A stretch of 64,000 nt of DNA from Lancefieldella parvula (GCA_023300185.1 CP097092.1:1018115-1082114); one strand, 5' to 3'. Positions 46,513-56,740 are shown, numbered from the stretch's first letter. Made by a program: numbers and translations. Notes: a model not told the origin generated them from the sequence alone.

Positions 46513-48366
46513 ATGGATGAACTCATTTTGGACATATTGCAGCAGCTCAGAGATGGCTCGCAAGGAGCTCTTGATACGCATCAGCTTGAGATGCTCATTA
46601 ACTCGCATAACAGCGGAATTGACTCTAGCACCCACAGTACAGAGCGCGAGAAACTCATTCCTAAACGAGCAATTCTCCCCTATTTTTTGCAGGTCAAGCA
46701 GAAAAACAATGAGCTCTGGCAATCGTGGAATGTAACGCCTGAGCTGGAAGAAAGATTTATCCGCTCCGTGCGCATGAAGCCTCGTCGCACCGCTTCTGGC
46801 GTGGCTACCATTACCGTGATTACCAGGCCGCATACCTGCTCAAGTAATTGCATTTATTGCCCGTGTGATCTGCGTATGCCTAAGAGCTACCTTGCTAACG
46901 AGCCTGCCTGTCAGCGCGCAGAACTAACGTTTTTTGATCCATACGTACAGGTTGCTGCTCGTCTTCAGGCGCTCCATCAGATGGGCCACTCAACCGACAA
47001 AGTAGAGCTCATAGTGCTCGGTGGCACCTGGAGCGATTATCCAGAGAGCTACCAATACTGGTTTATCAAGGAGCTCTTCCGTGCACTCAACGAGTGGCCC
47101 AACTCTCCTAGCTACATTCAGGATCGCCTTGATTGGTACACCTCGTTTGGCTTGCAGAACTCTGAAGATGCTCTCTCCTCCTTTGTTGCTGAACAGCAAG
47201 CGGCAGTCTTTGAAGATACTGCCACGTATAACCAGGCTTTTCATAAGCTCTACGACACCAGTCAGCCTCACCAAAGTGCATGGTCTCAGATGGAGAGCAC
47301 GTATGATGAGCTGGTAGAACAGCAGCACGTTAATGAGACAGCCGCTGCACGTGTGGTTGGCCTTGTAATTGAGACCAGGCCCGATACCATCACGCCAGAT
47401 AACCTGCGTATGTTTAGGCAACTTGGGTGCACCAAAATTCAAATTGGCATTCAAAGTACGCGTCAAGAGATCCTTGATGCAAACAAACGCCAGATGTCGG
47501 TCGCGCAGATTAAACGCGCGTTCTCGCTCATCCGCTTGTACGGATTTAAAATCCATTCTCATCTGATGGTTAACCTGTTGGGCGCAACTCCTGAGGCAGA
47601 TAAACAGGACTTCAAGACGTTTGTCACTGATCCAGGATTTCTTCCCGACGAAATCAAGCTTTACCCCTGTGCGCTGGTAGCTGGAACGCAGCTAGTGCAG
47701 AAGTATCGTGAAGGCGCGTGGCAACCATATGCCAAAGATGAGCTGGTAGACGTACTTGTTCAAGACGTACTTAACACACCTCCATACGTGCGCATTTCTC
47801 GCATGATTAGAGACATTAGCGCCACCGATATTCTGGTGGGAAACAAACACACCAACCTCCGCCAGATGGTGGAGCAAGAGCTTGCCGCCAAAGACGTTGC
47901 ACGTCGCGTGCAGGAGATTCGCTTTAGAGAGATTAACCAGCAGCCGGTACGCGCCGCAGAACTTACCCTCCAGGACTTCACGTACACCACCACAGTCAGC
48001 GATGAGCACTTCCTGCAGTGGGTAACTGCTGACAACAAAATCGCAGGTTTCTGTAGGCTTTCACTTCCCCACTGGGACAAACTGACCTCTGGTGCATGTG
48101 ATGTTACCGCCAATGAGCTGCTGGTACAGCCAGGTCAGGCCATGATCAGAGAGCTCCACGTGTACGGACAGGCGCTTTCGCTGGGCTCAGAAGGAATGTC
48201 TGCTCAGCACCAAGGCTTGGGCCAAAAGCTTCTTGCTAAAGCCTCCTCTATTGCAGCAGATGCGGGTTATACCAGCCTTAACGTCATCAGCTCAATTGGA
48301 ACGCGCGCCTACTATCGCGCACAGGACTTTACTGATGCAGGTCTCTACCAGCAAAAAGCCCTGTAA
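46513..48366 (+). CDS. Elp3-like radical SAM / GNAT acetyltransferase (bacterial elongator protein 3 homolog)
   Basis: RTASGVATITVITRPHTCSSNCIYCP (CxxxCxxC), KVELIVLGGTWSDYP and FDPYVQVAARLQALHQMGH blocks characteristic of Elp3. C-terminal GNAT-like domain (...RELHVYGQALSLG...HQGLGQKLL). Confidence 0.75.
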   Translation: MDELILDILQQLRDGSQGALDTHQLEMLINSHNSGIDSSTHSTEREKLIPKRAILPYFLQVKQKNNELWQSWNVTPELEERFIRSVRMKPRRTASGVATITVITRPHTCSSNCIYCPCDLRMPKSYLANEPACQRAELTFFDPYVQVAARLQALHQMGHSTDKVELIVLGGTWSDYPESYQYWFIKELFRALNEWPNSPSYIQDRLDWYTSFGLQNSEDALSSFVAEQQAAVFEDTATYNQAFHKLYDTSQPHQSAWSQMESTYDELVEQQHVNETAAARVVGLVIETRPDTITPDNLRMFRQLGCTKIQIGIQSTRQEILDANKRQMSVAQIKRAFSLIRLYGFKIHSHLMVNLLGATPEADKQDFKTFVTDPGFLPDEIKLYPCALVAGTQLVQKYREGAWQPYAKDELVDVLVQDVLNTPPYVRISRMIRDISATDILVGNKHTNLRQMVEQELAAKDVARRVQEIRFREINQQPVRAAELTLQDFTYTTTVSDEHFLQWVTADNKIAGFCRLSLPHWDKLTSGACDVTANELLVQPGQAMIRELHVYGQALSLGSEGMSAQHQGLGQKLLAKASSIAADAGYTSLNVISSIGTRAYYRAQDFTDAGLYQQKAL

Positions 48367-48496
48367 AGGGGACGTGGCCTTACACCTCTAGACAAGCTTC
48401 ATACGCTTACTTCATACGTCGCAAAAAATGCCGAGAAGACCGTTGATCTTCTCGGCATATTCATAAGCGCCACCCTCTCCTGGACGCAAATGGATC

Positions 48497-50140
48497 TTAA
48501 GGAATGAGCGACAAAATCTGAGAAAGATTCTTCTTGCCGAAGTCAACCTTCTGACCGTCGTTAATAACCAAGCAAGGAACGCTCATGACATCATAGGTGT
48601 CTTTGAGCTCCTTGAAGTGGTTGATGTCGTAGACATCGCAGGTAACCTGAGGATTATCCGCAGCAATGCGCTGAGCAGCCACAACAACATCTGGGCACAT
48701 GGTACAAGAGAGTCCTACCAAGACCTGCAGATGCGTCTTTGACTCGATAGCGGCAATGGATGCCTTATCCTCGTCACTAATAGGCTGACCAGGACCTGCG
48801 GCGTTGTAGAGTCCAAGTACAAACGAAGTGAACTCATGACCGCCAGGAACACCATGGAACGCAAGACCTGTTGGAGTGCCATCCTGTGTGCAAACACGAA
48901 CAACAGGAAGGTTCTTCTCGCCCGTGTCTGAGACTGTTTGAACGCTCAGCTTGTCGGTCATAGAAGAAAGTTCTTCCATGTACGCAACAAGCTCCTCAGA
49001 AACAGGTCTCTGATCAAGCTCAAGCTGGAGCACAAGCGGACGTGCCATGCGCTCAAAGACAGCGTTGAGCTGCGCCTTCATGTCATCGGTGAAGAGCTCT
49101 CCGGAGTCAGTGGTAGTCTTGGCTGCTGGAGCCTCAGGAGCTTCCTTCTTGGACGAGATGCGCGTGACGTTCATCTGTGGAACCAGGCCGGTCTTTTCCT
49201 GAGCGCGCTTAATGTAGCGTTCCATCTCGGTGGCGGTAGTTGCCGCCTGACCAATAGCCGTTGCAACCTGACGTAGTGGCTTCTGACATACGTCGCCTGC
49301 ACCAAAGAGACCCTCACAGGTTGTTTCTTGATGCTCGTTGGTAATCAGATAACCGTAATCATCAGTCTGTGCCAGCTCTTTTACCAGGTCGGTCTCTGGC
49401 GCATAGCCCGCGAAGACAAAGACGCCAATGGAATCGCCATCTTCTGGAGCAAAGGTGGTCTTCTCGCCCGTCTTGAGGTTCTTGTACGTAATAGACCTAA
49501 GCGCGGAATCTCCGGCAACGGATTCAACCTGCGTGTTATAGAGAACCGTGATATTTGGATTAGTGCGAGCAGCCTCGGACGACGCAGGGGCGCAGGTAAA
49601 TGCTTCCTCGCGCACAAGAACCGTGACGTGCTTTGCGTACTTAGTTAGAAATACGCTTTCTTCTGCAGCTGCAAAGCCTCCACCAATAACAAAGACTTCC
49701 TTGCCGGTAAAGAACTCGCCGTCGCAGGTAGCGCAGTAAGCAACTCCGTGGCCCTGATAGTCCTCTTCTCCCACAAAGCCGATATGGCGAGGATGTGCTC
49801 CTGTGGCGAGAAGAACTGAAAGGCAGGAACGCTCACCTTTGGTGGTGTGAACTACCTTGACATCTCCAGACATGTCCAGGTCAGTAACTTCTGCCAGCAA
49901 AAACTCTGCACCAAAGGCCTCAGCCTGCTTACGCATAGTTTCTGAAAGTTCAGAGCCACTAGTAGAGAAAACTCCCGGGTAATTAACGACCTCATTAGTA
50001 ATAGTGATCTGTCCGCCAAAATGGTCCTTCTCGACAACTAGAACACGGTAGCGAGCGCGGGCCAGATAGAGGGCGGCGGTGAGCCCAGCTGGCCCACCGC
50101 CGATAATCACCGCGTCGTAGAGGTCTTTGACGTCGGTCAT
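48497..50140 (-). CDS. NAD(P)H-dependent peroxiredoxin reductase: thioredoxin-reductase domain fused to a C-terminal thioredoxin/glutaredoxin-like domain (AhpF-like partner of AhpC)
   Basis: FAD motif VIIGGGPAGLTAA; redox-active CATC; NAD motif; C-terminal CTMCP dithiol domain; sits directly upstream of ahpC in the same orientation. Confidence 0.75.
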   Translation of the reverse strand: MTDVKDLYDAVIIGGGPAGLTAALYLARARYRVLVVEKDHFGGQITITNEVVNYPGVFSTSGSELSETMRKQAEAFGAEFLLAEVTDLDMSGDVKVVHTTKGERSCLSVLLATGAHPRHIGFVGEEDYQGHGVAYCATCDGEFFTGKEVFVIGGGFAAAEESVFLTKYAKHVTVLVREEAFTCAPASSEAARTNPNITVLYNTQVESVAGDSALRSITYKNLKTGEKTTFAPEDGDSIGVFVFAGYAPETDLVKELAQTDDYGYLITNEHQETTCEGLFGAGDVCQKPLRQVATAIGQAATTATEMERYIKRAQEKTGLVPQMNVTRISSKKEAPEAPAAKTTTDSGELFTDDMKAQLNAVFERMARPLVLQLELDQRPVSEELVAYMEELSSMTDKLSVQTVSDTGEKNLPVVRVCTQDGTPTGLAFHGVPGGHEFTSFVLGLYNAAGPGQPISDEDKASIAAIESKTHLQVLVGLSCTMCPDVVVAAQRIAADNPQVTCDVYDINHFKELKDTYDVMSVPCLVINDGQKVDFGKKNLSQILSLIP

Positions 50141-50156
50141 TGTAAGCTCCTAAATC

Positions 50157-50720
50157 TTAGAGCTGACCAACAAGGTCAAGGCTTGGCTTCAGAGTCTCAG
50201 CACCTGGCTGCCACTTAGCTGGGCAAACCTGATCACCGTGCTCTGCGACAAACTGTGCAGCCTGGAGAAGGCGGAGAAGCTCCTCAGCGTTACGGCCAAT
50301 ACCACCAGCGGTGACAAGCTCAACCTGGATGACACCCTCAGGGTCAACAATGAAAGCACCGCGCTCAGCAAGGCCTGCGTCCTCAATAAGGACCTCAAAG
50401 TTCCTTGCAAGAACGTGAGCTGGGTCAGCGAGCATTGGGTAGGTTACCTTAGAGATACGCTCAGACTCCTCGTGCCATGCCTTATGGACAAACTCAGTGT
50501 CGCAAGAGACAGAGTAGACCTCTGCGCCAGCAGCCTGGAACTTGTCATAGTTGTTAGCAAGATCCTCAAGCTCAGTTGGGCAAACAAAGGTAAAGTCAGC
50601 TGGATAGAAGAAGAACAGGCTCCACTTACCCAGTGTGGACTCCTTGCTTACCTCGGTGATGTCACCGTTGTGGAATGCGTTTACCTTAAAATCACCAATT
50701 TGCTTACCAATAAGAGACAT
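50157..50720 (-). CDS. ahpC: alkyl hydroperoxide reductase C (typical 2-Cys peroxiredoxin)
   Basis: FTFVCPTE peroxidatic Cys motif and resolving Cys near the C-terminus (VCPA); 187 aa. Confidence 0.9.
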   Translation of the reverse strand: MSLIGKQIGDFKVNAFHNGDITEVSKESTLGKWSLFFFYPADFTFVCPTELEDLANNYDKFQAAGAEVYSVSCDTEFVHKAWHEESERISKVTYPMLADPAHVLARNFEVLIEDAGLAERGAFIVDPEGVIQVELVTAGGIGRNAEELLRLLQAAQFVAEHGDQVCPAKWQPGAETLKPSLDLVGQL

Positions 50721-50866
50721 AGTCAGTTCCTTTCTGTAAGTAAAACAATTTGTAAAACGTGCTAGTTAGAAGTTTACTCTCTTTAACTCTTTTGTCAATA
50801 ACAATAATGATTACTATTTATATCCACAAAAAGAAACAGGCCAGATTACTCTGACCTGTGAACAGT

Positions 50867-50942
50867 TGGTGGGCGTTATAAGATTTGAACTTATGACCTC
50901 TTCCGTGTCAGGGAAGCGCTCGTCCCCCTGAGCTAAACGCCC
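50867..50942 (-). tRNA. tRNA-Val (anticodon GAC)
   Basis: Cloverleaf folded by hand: acceptor GGGCGTT/AACGCCC, anticodon arm CTTCC-CTGACAC-GGAAG, T-loop TTCAAAT, 3' ACCA. Confidence 0.85.
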
Positions 50943-51114
50943 GAATATGTTTGCTGCTGGGGATGCAGCAAGGGATATATTACGAGAAACCCGCCCCTCT
51001 TGCAACCGTCAAACTCAACTTTTTTAGAAATTTGCAAAAGATCGGTTCGTCGCCACATTGATGACTATTTAAATACCGCGGGCTATCAAATGAATGACCG
51101 CCTTTTAAACCTGT

Positions 51115-51762
51115 ATGTCTTCTGCACCTCAATTATTAAAAGATAGGCAACTGGATTGTAAAAGCATACAGTCAGAAGTATTATGGCAAGTCGTTCGATT
51201 GAGGGAGAAACTTATGAACTTTCTGGAATATAACAAAGACGAGAAGCTTCACTTTAATTATAAGAAATCATGCGGTCTCTGGTTAATTGTTGTAGCTCTC
51301 ATCATTTTTGCAGCTACCGTAATAGGTGGAAAGCAGATTATCAATATGTCCGTATTTAGCTTTGGATATGTTGCAGCCTTCTTATCTATAAATACAAATA
51401 AGAAAGTTCTCAATAAGTTTTCCGATGGTCCTTCAAGTAAGTTCCAGAACAAAATGTCTCTATACGCGGTGATTTTCTTATTCATTTTGATGTTTTTATT
51501 AGGTGGACCATTTTTTGCAACTGAAAACTGGAGACTCATTTGGTTGGGCGCGTTAATGGCCACGGCACTGCACTTTTTCCTCTATTACTTTGTGCACGGA
51601 AAATCGATGATTTATCTGGCTATACTCTGTGCCATCAATATTGGTATAGGTTATATTTTTCCAGACATCCCACTGACAATAACTGCCTATATTGATGCGG
51701 CAATTAAACTTGGCTTTGGAATATACCTGTTCTTTTTCTCAAAGCCAACACAACAAAAATAG
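51115..51762 (+). CDS. hypothetical polytopic membrane protein (low-GC gene); the start may be Met 51214
   Basis: 215-aa ORF with 5-6 hydrophobic helices in an AT-rich island. No family assignment. Confidence 0.45.
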   Translation: MSSAPQLLKDRQLDCKSIQSEVLWQVVRLREKLMNFLEYNKDEKLHFNYKKSCGLWLIVVALIIFAATVIGGKQIINMSVFSFGYVAAFLSINTNKKVLNKFSDGPSSKFQNKMSLYAVIFLFILMFLLGGPFFATENWRLIWLGALMATALHFFLYYFVHGKSMIYLAILCAINIGIGYIFPDIPLTITAYIDAAIKLGFGIYLFFFSKPTQQK

Positions 51763-51769
51763 CCTTCAT

Positions 51770-52024
51770 CTAGAGTCCGTGCGCGTCAAACGTGTCCTTA
51801 ACCAAAGCCACAAGCATTGGTATAAACACAGCCACGCCTGCTAAGAGCATTGGATTATCACGTATTTCTGGAATGTCCTGTAAGAAATTCTGCAGATCAT
51901 AGACAAGACCAACGGCAACGGCAATAAGAATAGGTGCCAGAATAATCAAAATAGGATTTGGTGGTTTACGCATAAGGATGCTTTCTTTTACAAGTACTGC
52001 ACACGCAGCGGTCCAATAGAGCAA
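51770..52024 (-). CDS. possible small 2-TM membrane protein
   Basis: 84-aa ORF (likely 67 aa from MRKPPNPIL) with two hydrophobic helices. Weak support. Confidence 0.3.
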   Translation of the reverse strand: MLYWTAACAVLVKESILMRKPPNPILIILAPILIAVAVGLVYDLQNFLQDIPEIRDNPMLLAGVAVFIPMLVALVKDTFDAHGL

Positions 52025-52070
52025 AGATACGTATCAAGCCACATTCTGGCTTTTCTTCCTTACTTCTTCC

Positions 52071-53417
52071 CTACTTCTTACGCTTCACCTTAATTTGAAT
52101 GCCAGAGGTCTCTGGACGAGACGATGTAGAAGCAACAGCGGGTTTCTCGCCATTTACAAAAGCCGAGAAACGCTGACGGAAACGATTCCACTTGTGATAG
52201 ATAGGCTCGTGATCGTGAGATCTGAGACCCAAAAGCATGCTTGCAGCCAGAGTTGGAAGCAGATACTCAATAGCGCGCCAAAGCACAAAACCTGCAGCAA
52301 TTTCTTCACCAAACATATGGCCAAACAGGAAGGCAAAGCCACCCTCAGCGCCACCAGTGCCACCAGGAAGTGGAATGGCCGAGGTCAAGAGCTCAAGCAT
52401 TGAACCAGATGCAAGGCAGGTCAGAAGGTCTGCGGGTTGGCCGAGCGCACGCAGAACAAAGTATGGAAGTGCATAGAGGCAGCCAAGCTGGACCAAGGTA
52501 ACCAGCAGAACAACACACATCTCTGGGATGTTCTTTGCAGCAGTCTTAAAGCCGTTTGAGAACTCATCTACCTGCGTGTTAATGATGCCATGCCAGTGGT
52601 CGTAGCTGTTTTACAATACGCAGCGTGAAAGCAGCCTTAAGCCCCAGTTGCCCACGGTCTTAACCATTTTAGGAAGCAAGCAAATGGCCAAGATAACTGC
52701 AACCATCACTATCTTTGCGCCAAACAAAATAACGCCAATAACGGTTACATCGCCAAATTGCTCGTAGAAATAATTGGCCCTAAAGATAAGCATCAGAGCT
52801 GCAAAGATGCCCTCGCCCGCCTCGTACATAACAAAGCGGGTGAACTGCAGAGCTCCTGCCTGACCAACGGAAATTCCCGCACGAGTGAGGCGATAAATCT
52901 GAGCAGGAGCAGCTCCTGCACCGTTTGGCGTAAGGTTCATGAAGAAGATGCCCGACGCCTCAACGCTCATCAGGTCACGGACACCAACAGGACTCTCGGG
53001 GTCTGTAATGACTGAAATTACATAGGCGAGAATACCCAGGAAATAGTAGACAAAATAGCAAAGAGCGCCAGCAATAAGCCAGCCTGTATCTACGTCTGCT
53101 AGAGCAACAACAAACTCATCAAACTGACCAGAAAAAACGATATAGAGTGCGTACAGTATTACAACCGCAAAGAGGAAGAGAATGCTCTTTCTAACTTGAC
53201 CAAAGCTCTCTTTTGCCTCTTCTACCTGCTCAGATGAAGAAGTTGGAGCAACACTAATCTTAGGCTTTTTGGTTGAAACACCCTTAACGGTTGTAGATCC
53301 AATCTTCACCGTTACCTTCGGTGTAGATGAGGGGTGCTCGGTTTCAGACGCGCCATCTGGGCGATCCATGGGCACCTCCTTGGACTCTGGATCACAATAC
53401 GTGTACAGAAACAACAC
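52071..53417 (-). pseudogene. flippase-like / LPG_synthase_TM (UPF0104) family membrane protein interrupted by an in-frame TAA (52611-52613)
   Basis: ORFs 52611..53417 and 52071..52520 are in the same frame (the offset is a multiple of 3). Read-through gives ...LLSRCVL*NSYDHWHGIINTQVDEFSNGFKTAAKNIPEMCVV.... The downstream part carries the family motif PLPGGTGGAEGGF. Confidence 0.55.
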
Positions 53418-53476
53418 TCTTTGCAGGTAAACGATGCAACCTCAGAGGGTTTCTCGCCACCTACCTGCTTTTCATT

Positions 53477-54562
53477 TTACATGAACCGCTCAAGTATACT
53501 CTTGTCAGCCTCAATAATGCCACCGCCGCAAACTTCCTGGCCATCGTACAAAACCGCCGATTGACCTGCTGCAACAGTTTTTACCGGCTGGTCAAATTCA
53601 ATAAATCCACATTGATTATCTGTGAGCGTAAACGTTACGGGAACCAGCGCGCCTGTGTGACGAGTTCTGACCACATACCTACCGTTAGCTGCAGGTTCTC
53701 CAGAAATCCAGTGCATGTCCGAGAGCTCCATGCGACGAGTCCAGAGCGCAGGACAGTTGAGGTCAGAGGTTACATACACCACATTCTTAAGCGTATCGGT
53801 TGCCACAACATAGCGAGCAGGTCCTCCACCAATGTTCAGACCTTTTCTTTGGCCAACGGTAAAGAGGAATGCTCCGTCATGGGTGCCAAGAACCTTGCCT
53901 GTCTCCCACTCAATGACGTCACCCTGCTTTTTCTGAAAAGTGTCCAGCAAAAACGTGCGCAAGCCAACGGGGCCAATAAAACAAATGCCGTCGGAGTCTG
54001 GCTTAGTTTCTATGCCCAGACCTCGCTCCGCACACAGGGCGCGTACCTCTGCCTTGGTGGCAATGTGTCCAATAGGAAAAAGCGTGCGTTCAAACAAATG
54101 ACCTGGTACACGCCATAGGAAATAGGTCTGATCCTTGTGAGCATCTGCGGCACGCAAAAGTTTTTTGGTGCCCGGGACGTTCTGTGCATAGTGACCCGTT
54201 GCAACAAAATCAGCGCCCTCTGCAAAAGCACGTTCTGCAAAGGTGCCAAACTTGACCGTCTGGTTGCACATAACGTCTGGATTAGGCGTACGGCCGTGCT
54301 CATAGGCATCAAGCAGGTAATCCACAACGGTAGCCTTATACTCGGCCTCACAGTCCCACACGTCCAAATCAATGCCCAGCGTTACGCACACGCGCTCAGC
54401 ATCAGCCAGGTCATCTGCCCAGGGGCACTTAAAGCCTGGCAAGTCCTTTGACCAGTTACGCATATAGATAGCCTTGACGTTGTAGCCCGCCTCAAGAAGC
54501 AAGGCCGCGGACAGCGCCGAATCAACGCCGCCACTCATGCCAAGGTAAACTAATTCTCCCAT
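53477..54562 (-). CDS. mnmA: tRNA-specific 2-thiouridylase MnmA
   Basis: PP-loop GMSGGVDSA, catalytic cysteines, characteristic ...IYMRNW... start. Confidence 0.85.
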   Translation of the reverse strand: MGELVYLGMSGGVDSALSAALLLEAGYNVKAIYMRNWSKDLPGFKCPWADDLADAERVCVTLGIDLDVWDCEAEYKATVVDYLLDAYEHGRTPNPDVMCNQTVKFGTFAERAFAEGADFVATGHYAQNVPGTKKLLRAADAHKDQTYFLWRVPGHLFERTLFPIGHIATKAEVRALCAERGLGIETKPDSDGICFIGPVGLRTFLLDTFQKKQGDVIEWETGKVLGTHDGAFLFTVGQRKGLNIGGGPARYVVATDTLKNVVYVTSDLNCPALWTRRMELSDMHWISGEPAANGRYVVRTRHTGALVPVTFTLTDNQCGFIEFDQPVKTVAAGQSAVLYDGQEVCGGGIIEADKSILERFM

Positions 54563-55756
54563 GTCACTCCTACACGAGCAGACTCCTGCTTGACAGCCTC
54601 AGCGATTGCCCAAGCTGCGTACAAGATGTCGTCTTCTGTGGTAGTTCTTCCAAGCGTTAACCTGAGGCTTCCCGCTGCTACTTCTCGCGGTGCTCCAATT
54701 GCCTCAAGCACGTGAGATATTTGCATCTTTGATGCGGCGCAGGCAGAGCCCGTTCCCACCGACACGCCTAGACGCTCAAGCAAAATAACCAGACGACGAG
54801 CTTCAAGTCCCGGGAAAGAAACGTGCAGCAAATTGGGAAGCCTGAGCTTAGCGTTCTTTGGTCCCGAGACAATCATCTGCGGAAACTCTGCGCAAAGCAG
54901 CGTCTGCAGCTGATCTCTAAGGCGAGAAACCCGTTTTGCCTCGTCAACGCGGGTCTCATCTGCAAGCGCTAAAGCACACGCAAAGCCAATGACGCCTGCG
55001 ACGTTTTCCGTACCTGAGCGAACACCGCCTTCTTGTCCGCCGCCAAGCACCAGCGGCCTTAAGCGCACATCGTCGGAAGCCCATAAGAGACCCACCTGCT
55101 TTGGACCAGAAAGCTTTGCTGCAGAAAGCGTCAACATATCTACACCCAGCGACGACACGTTAACACTCAAGTATGCTGCAGCTTGAGAGGCATCTACGTG
55201 CAAATGCAGCGGACGAGTCTCCCCCGCTGCAAGCCTGCGTGAGCGCTCCTTAGCAAGCACCTGCGAAATCTCGCGGATAGGCTGGATGGTGCCAATCTCC
55301 CCGTTTGCAAGTTCAATAGAAACCAGCTCGGTCTCTGGCTTGAGTGCTGTTGCAACCCGCTCTGGGTCCACGCGACCGTCTGCTTCTACGCGAAGTGTCT
55401 TGTGCGAGAAAATCCCTGCGCACGCAAGGACGCTCTCGTGCTCAATGGCATCAACGATAACGTGCGCGTCTTCCGCAGACAGTTGCAAACGCCAGGTTGT
55501 TGGCCTCTGTAGCACCTGCTGTAAGCACCACGTTTCCTGGACGAGCACCAATGGCATGCGCCAAGACAGCGCGGGCACGTTCTACCTCGTCACGAACCTG
55601 GCGAGACAGAATATACGGTGCTGAAGGGTTGTAGAACTTCTCCGTAAAGTACGGAATCATTGCATCAACTACACGTGGATCCATAGGTGTAGCTGCGGCA
55701 AAGTCCAGGTACACGTTGCCTGTTGGATGTTCTGGTTTTGCAGAAGGCATGTGCAT
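54550..55756 (-). CDS. cysteine desulfurase (NifS/IscS family), split by a frameshift in 55451..55578
   Basis: The N-terminal fragment (55451..55756) ends ...TAGATEANNLAFATVCGRRARYR*. The C-terminal fragment (54550..55578) contains the PLP-Lys SAAKLSGPK and SGTEN motifs. The frames differ by 1. Confidence 0.7.
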
Positions 55757-55867
55757 TACAAATCCTTTGGGTTTCTCGCGGTCTTGCGGGCTTTAGGCGT
55801 GCGGCGTTGCGTGCTTGCAACGATCGGCGACTTGCTGTCGAGCGGGCCGGTGGACGGTGCTCGACGG

Positions 55868-56740
55868 CTACGACTTGTCTGCCGAGTCTGGCGGCGTAAA
55901 GGTCATGTTCTGGAAACGAGCAGATACGAAGCTGTCGTCGTAATGAGTATCTACCCACATCTCAAACGCATTTGACGGAGGAATGCCAGCGTCTCGCTGA
56001 GCCTTTCTACCTAGGCATGCCACCGTCATTGAAATGTCGGCAACAAGATACACCGTAAGCAGGGTAACAAAAATTGCTTGCCTTTTTGATGTTGGCTCAC
56101 CAATCTTGTAGAGCGCACGAGGCATAATAACCCGACACCAAATCAGACCCAAAATGCCCCAAAATCCCAAGAATCGCCAGGCCACCCACTGTGTGATTGC
56201 GTCTGGAAGATGAGCGTACGTCCATGATTCCGAGTGGAAAATCTCTTGCATTCCCCAGCCGGTAAGCTGCTCCAGCGTGCCACCAACAACAACCGAGACC
56301 AGGAAAATGACCAGGTTATTGGCATGGTGCTTATGCAACTGATAACAAATAACAGTCAGAAACACGGCGCCGGTTCCGTAAAGCGGAGAGAATGGTCCCC
56401 AGATGAGGCCAACCCTGCTCTCGGTCAGGCCAGCGGTAATGAGCATCCAAATTTCTTCAATAAGAAGTCCGGCCATACAGCCCACTATGAAGAGGATGAC
56501 CACCTGGTACCAGCCAAGATGCATCGTGTCTAAATACGCTGAGAGCTCCGCTTGCGTTGGTTTTGGCTTGGAGAACGGAGTGGTCTGGGGTGCGGCTGAT
56601 ACAGCATCGCCTGCAAGCCCATCGATCTTCTCGCCAGATGAAAGCCAGCCCCAAAAATAGCGCACTACGCGAACAAAACCGCTTGCGACAAGATACGCAA
56701 GCGTCAAAAGAGCTATGAGCGACGCAAGAATAAAGAACAT
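55868..56740 (-). CDS. hypothetical polytopic membrane protein
   Basis: 290-aa ORF with 7-8 hydrophobic helices. No family assigned. Confidence 0.5.
   Translation of the reverse strand: MFFILASLIALLTLAYLVASGFVRVVRYFWGWLSSGEKIDGLAGDAVSAAPQTTPFSKPKPTQAELSAYLDTMHLGWYQVVILFIVGCMAGLLIEEIWMLITAGLTESRVGLIWGPFSPLYGTGAVFLTVICYQLHKHHANNLVIFLVSVVVGGTLEQLTGWGMQEIFHSESWTYAHLPDAITQWVAWRFLGFWGILGLIWCRVIMPRALYKIGEPTSKRQAIFVTLLTVYLVADISMTVACLGRKAQRDAGIPPSNAFEMWVDTHYDDSFVSARFQNMTFTPPDSADKS

Noticed and set aside
50721-50866. Possible PerR/OxyR-type operator (aataatgattactatt) upstream of ahpC
   Set aside because: It is only semi-palindromic (3 mismatches in 14) and cannot be distinguished from AT-rich promoter DNA by eye.
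53327-54118. 263-aa plus-strand ORF across the flippase 5' end and mnmA
   Set aside because: Antisense to mnmA (PP-loop protein clearly on the minus strand).
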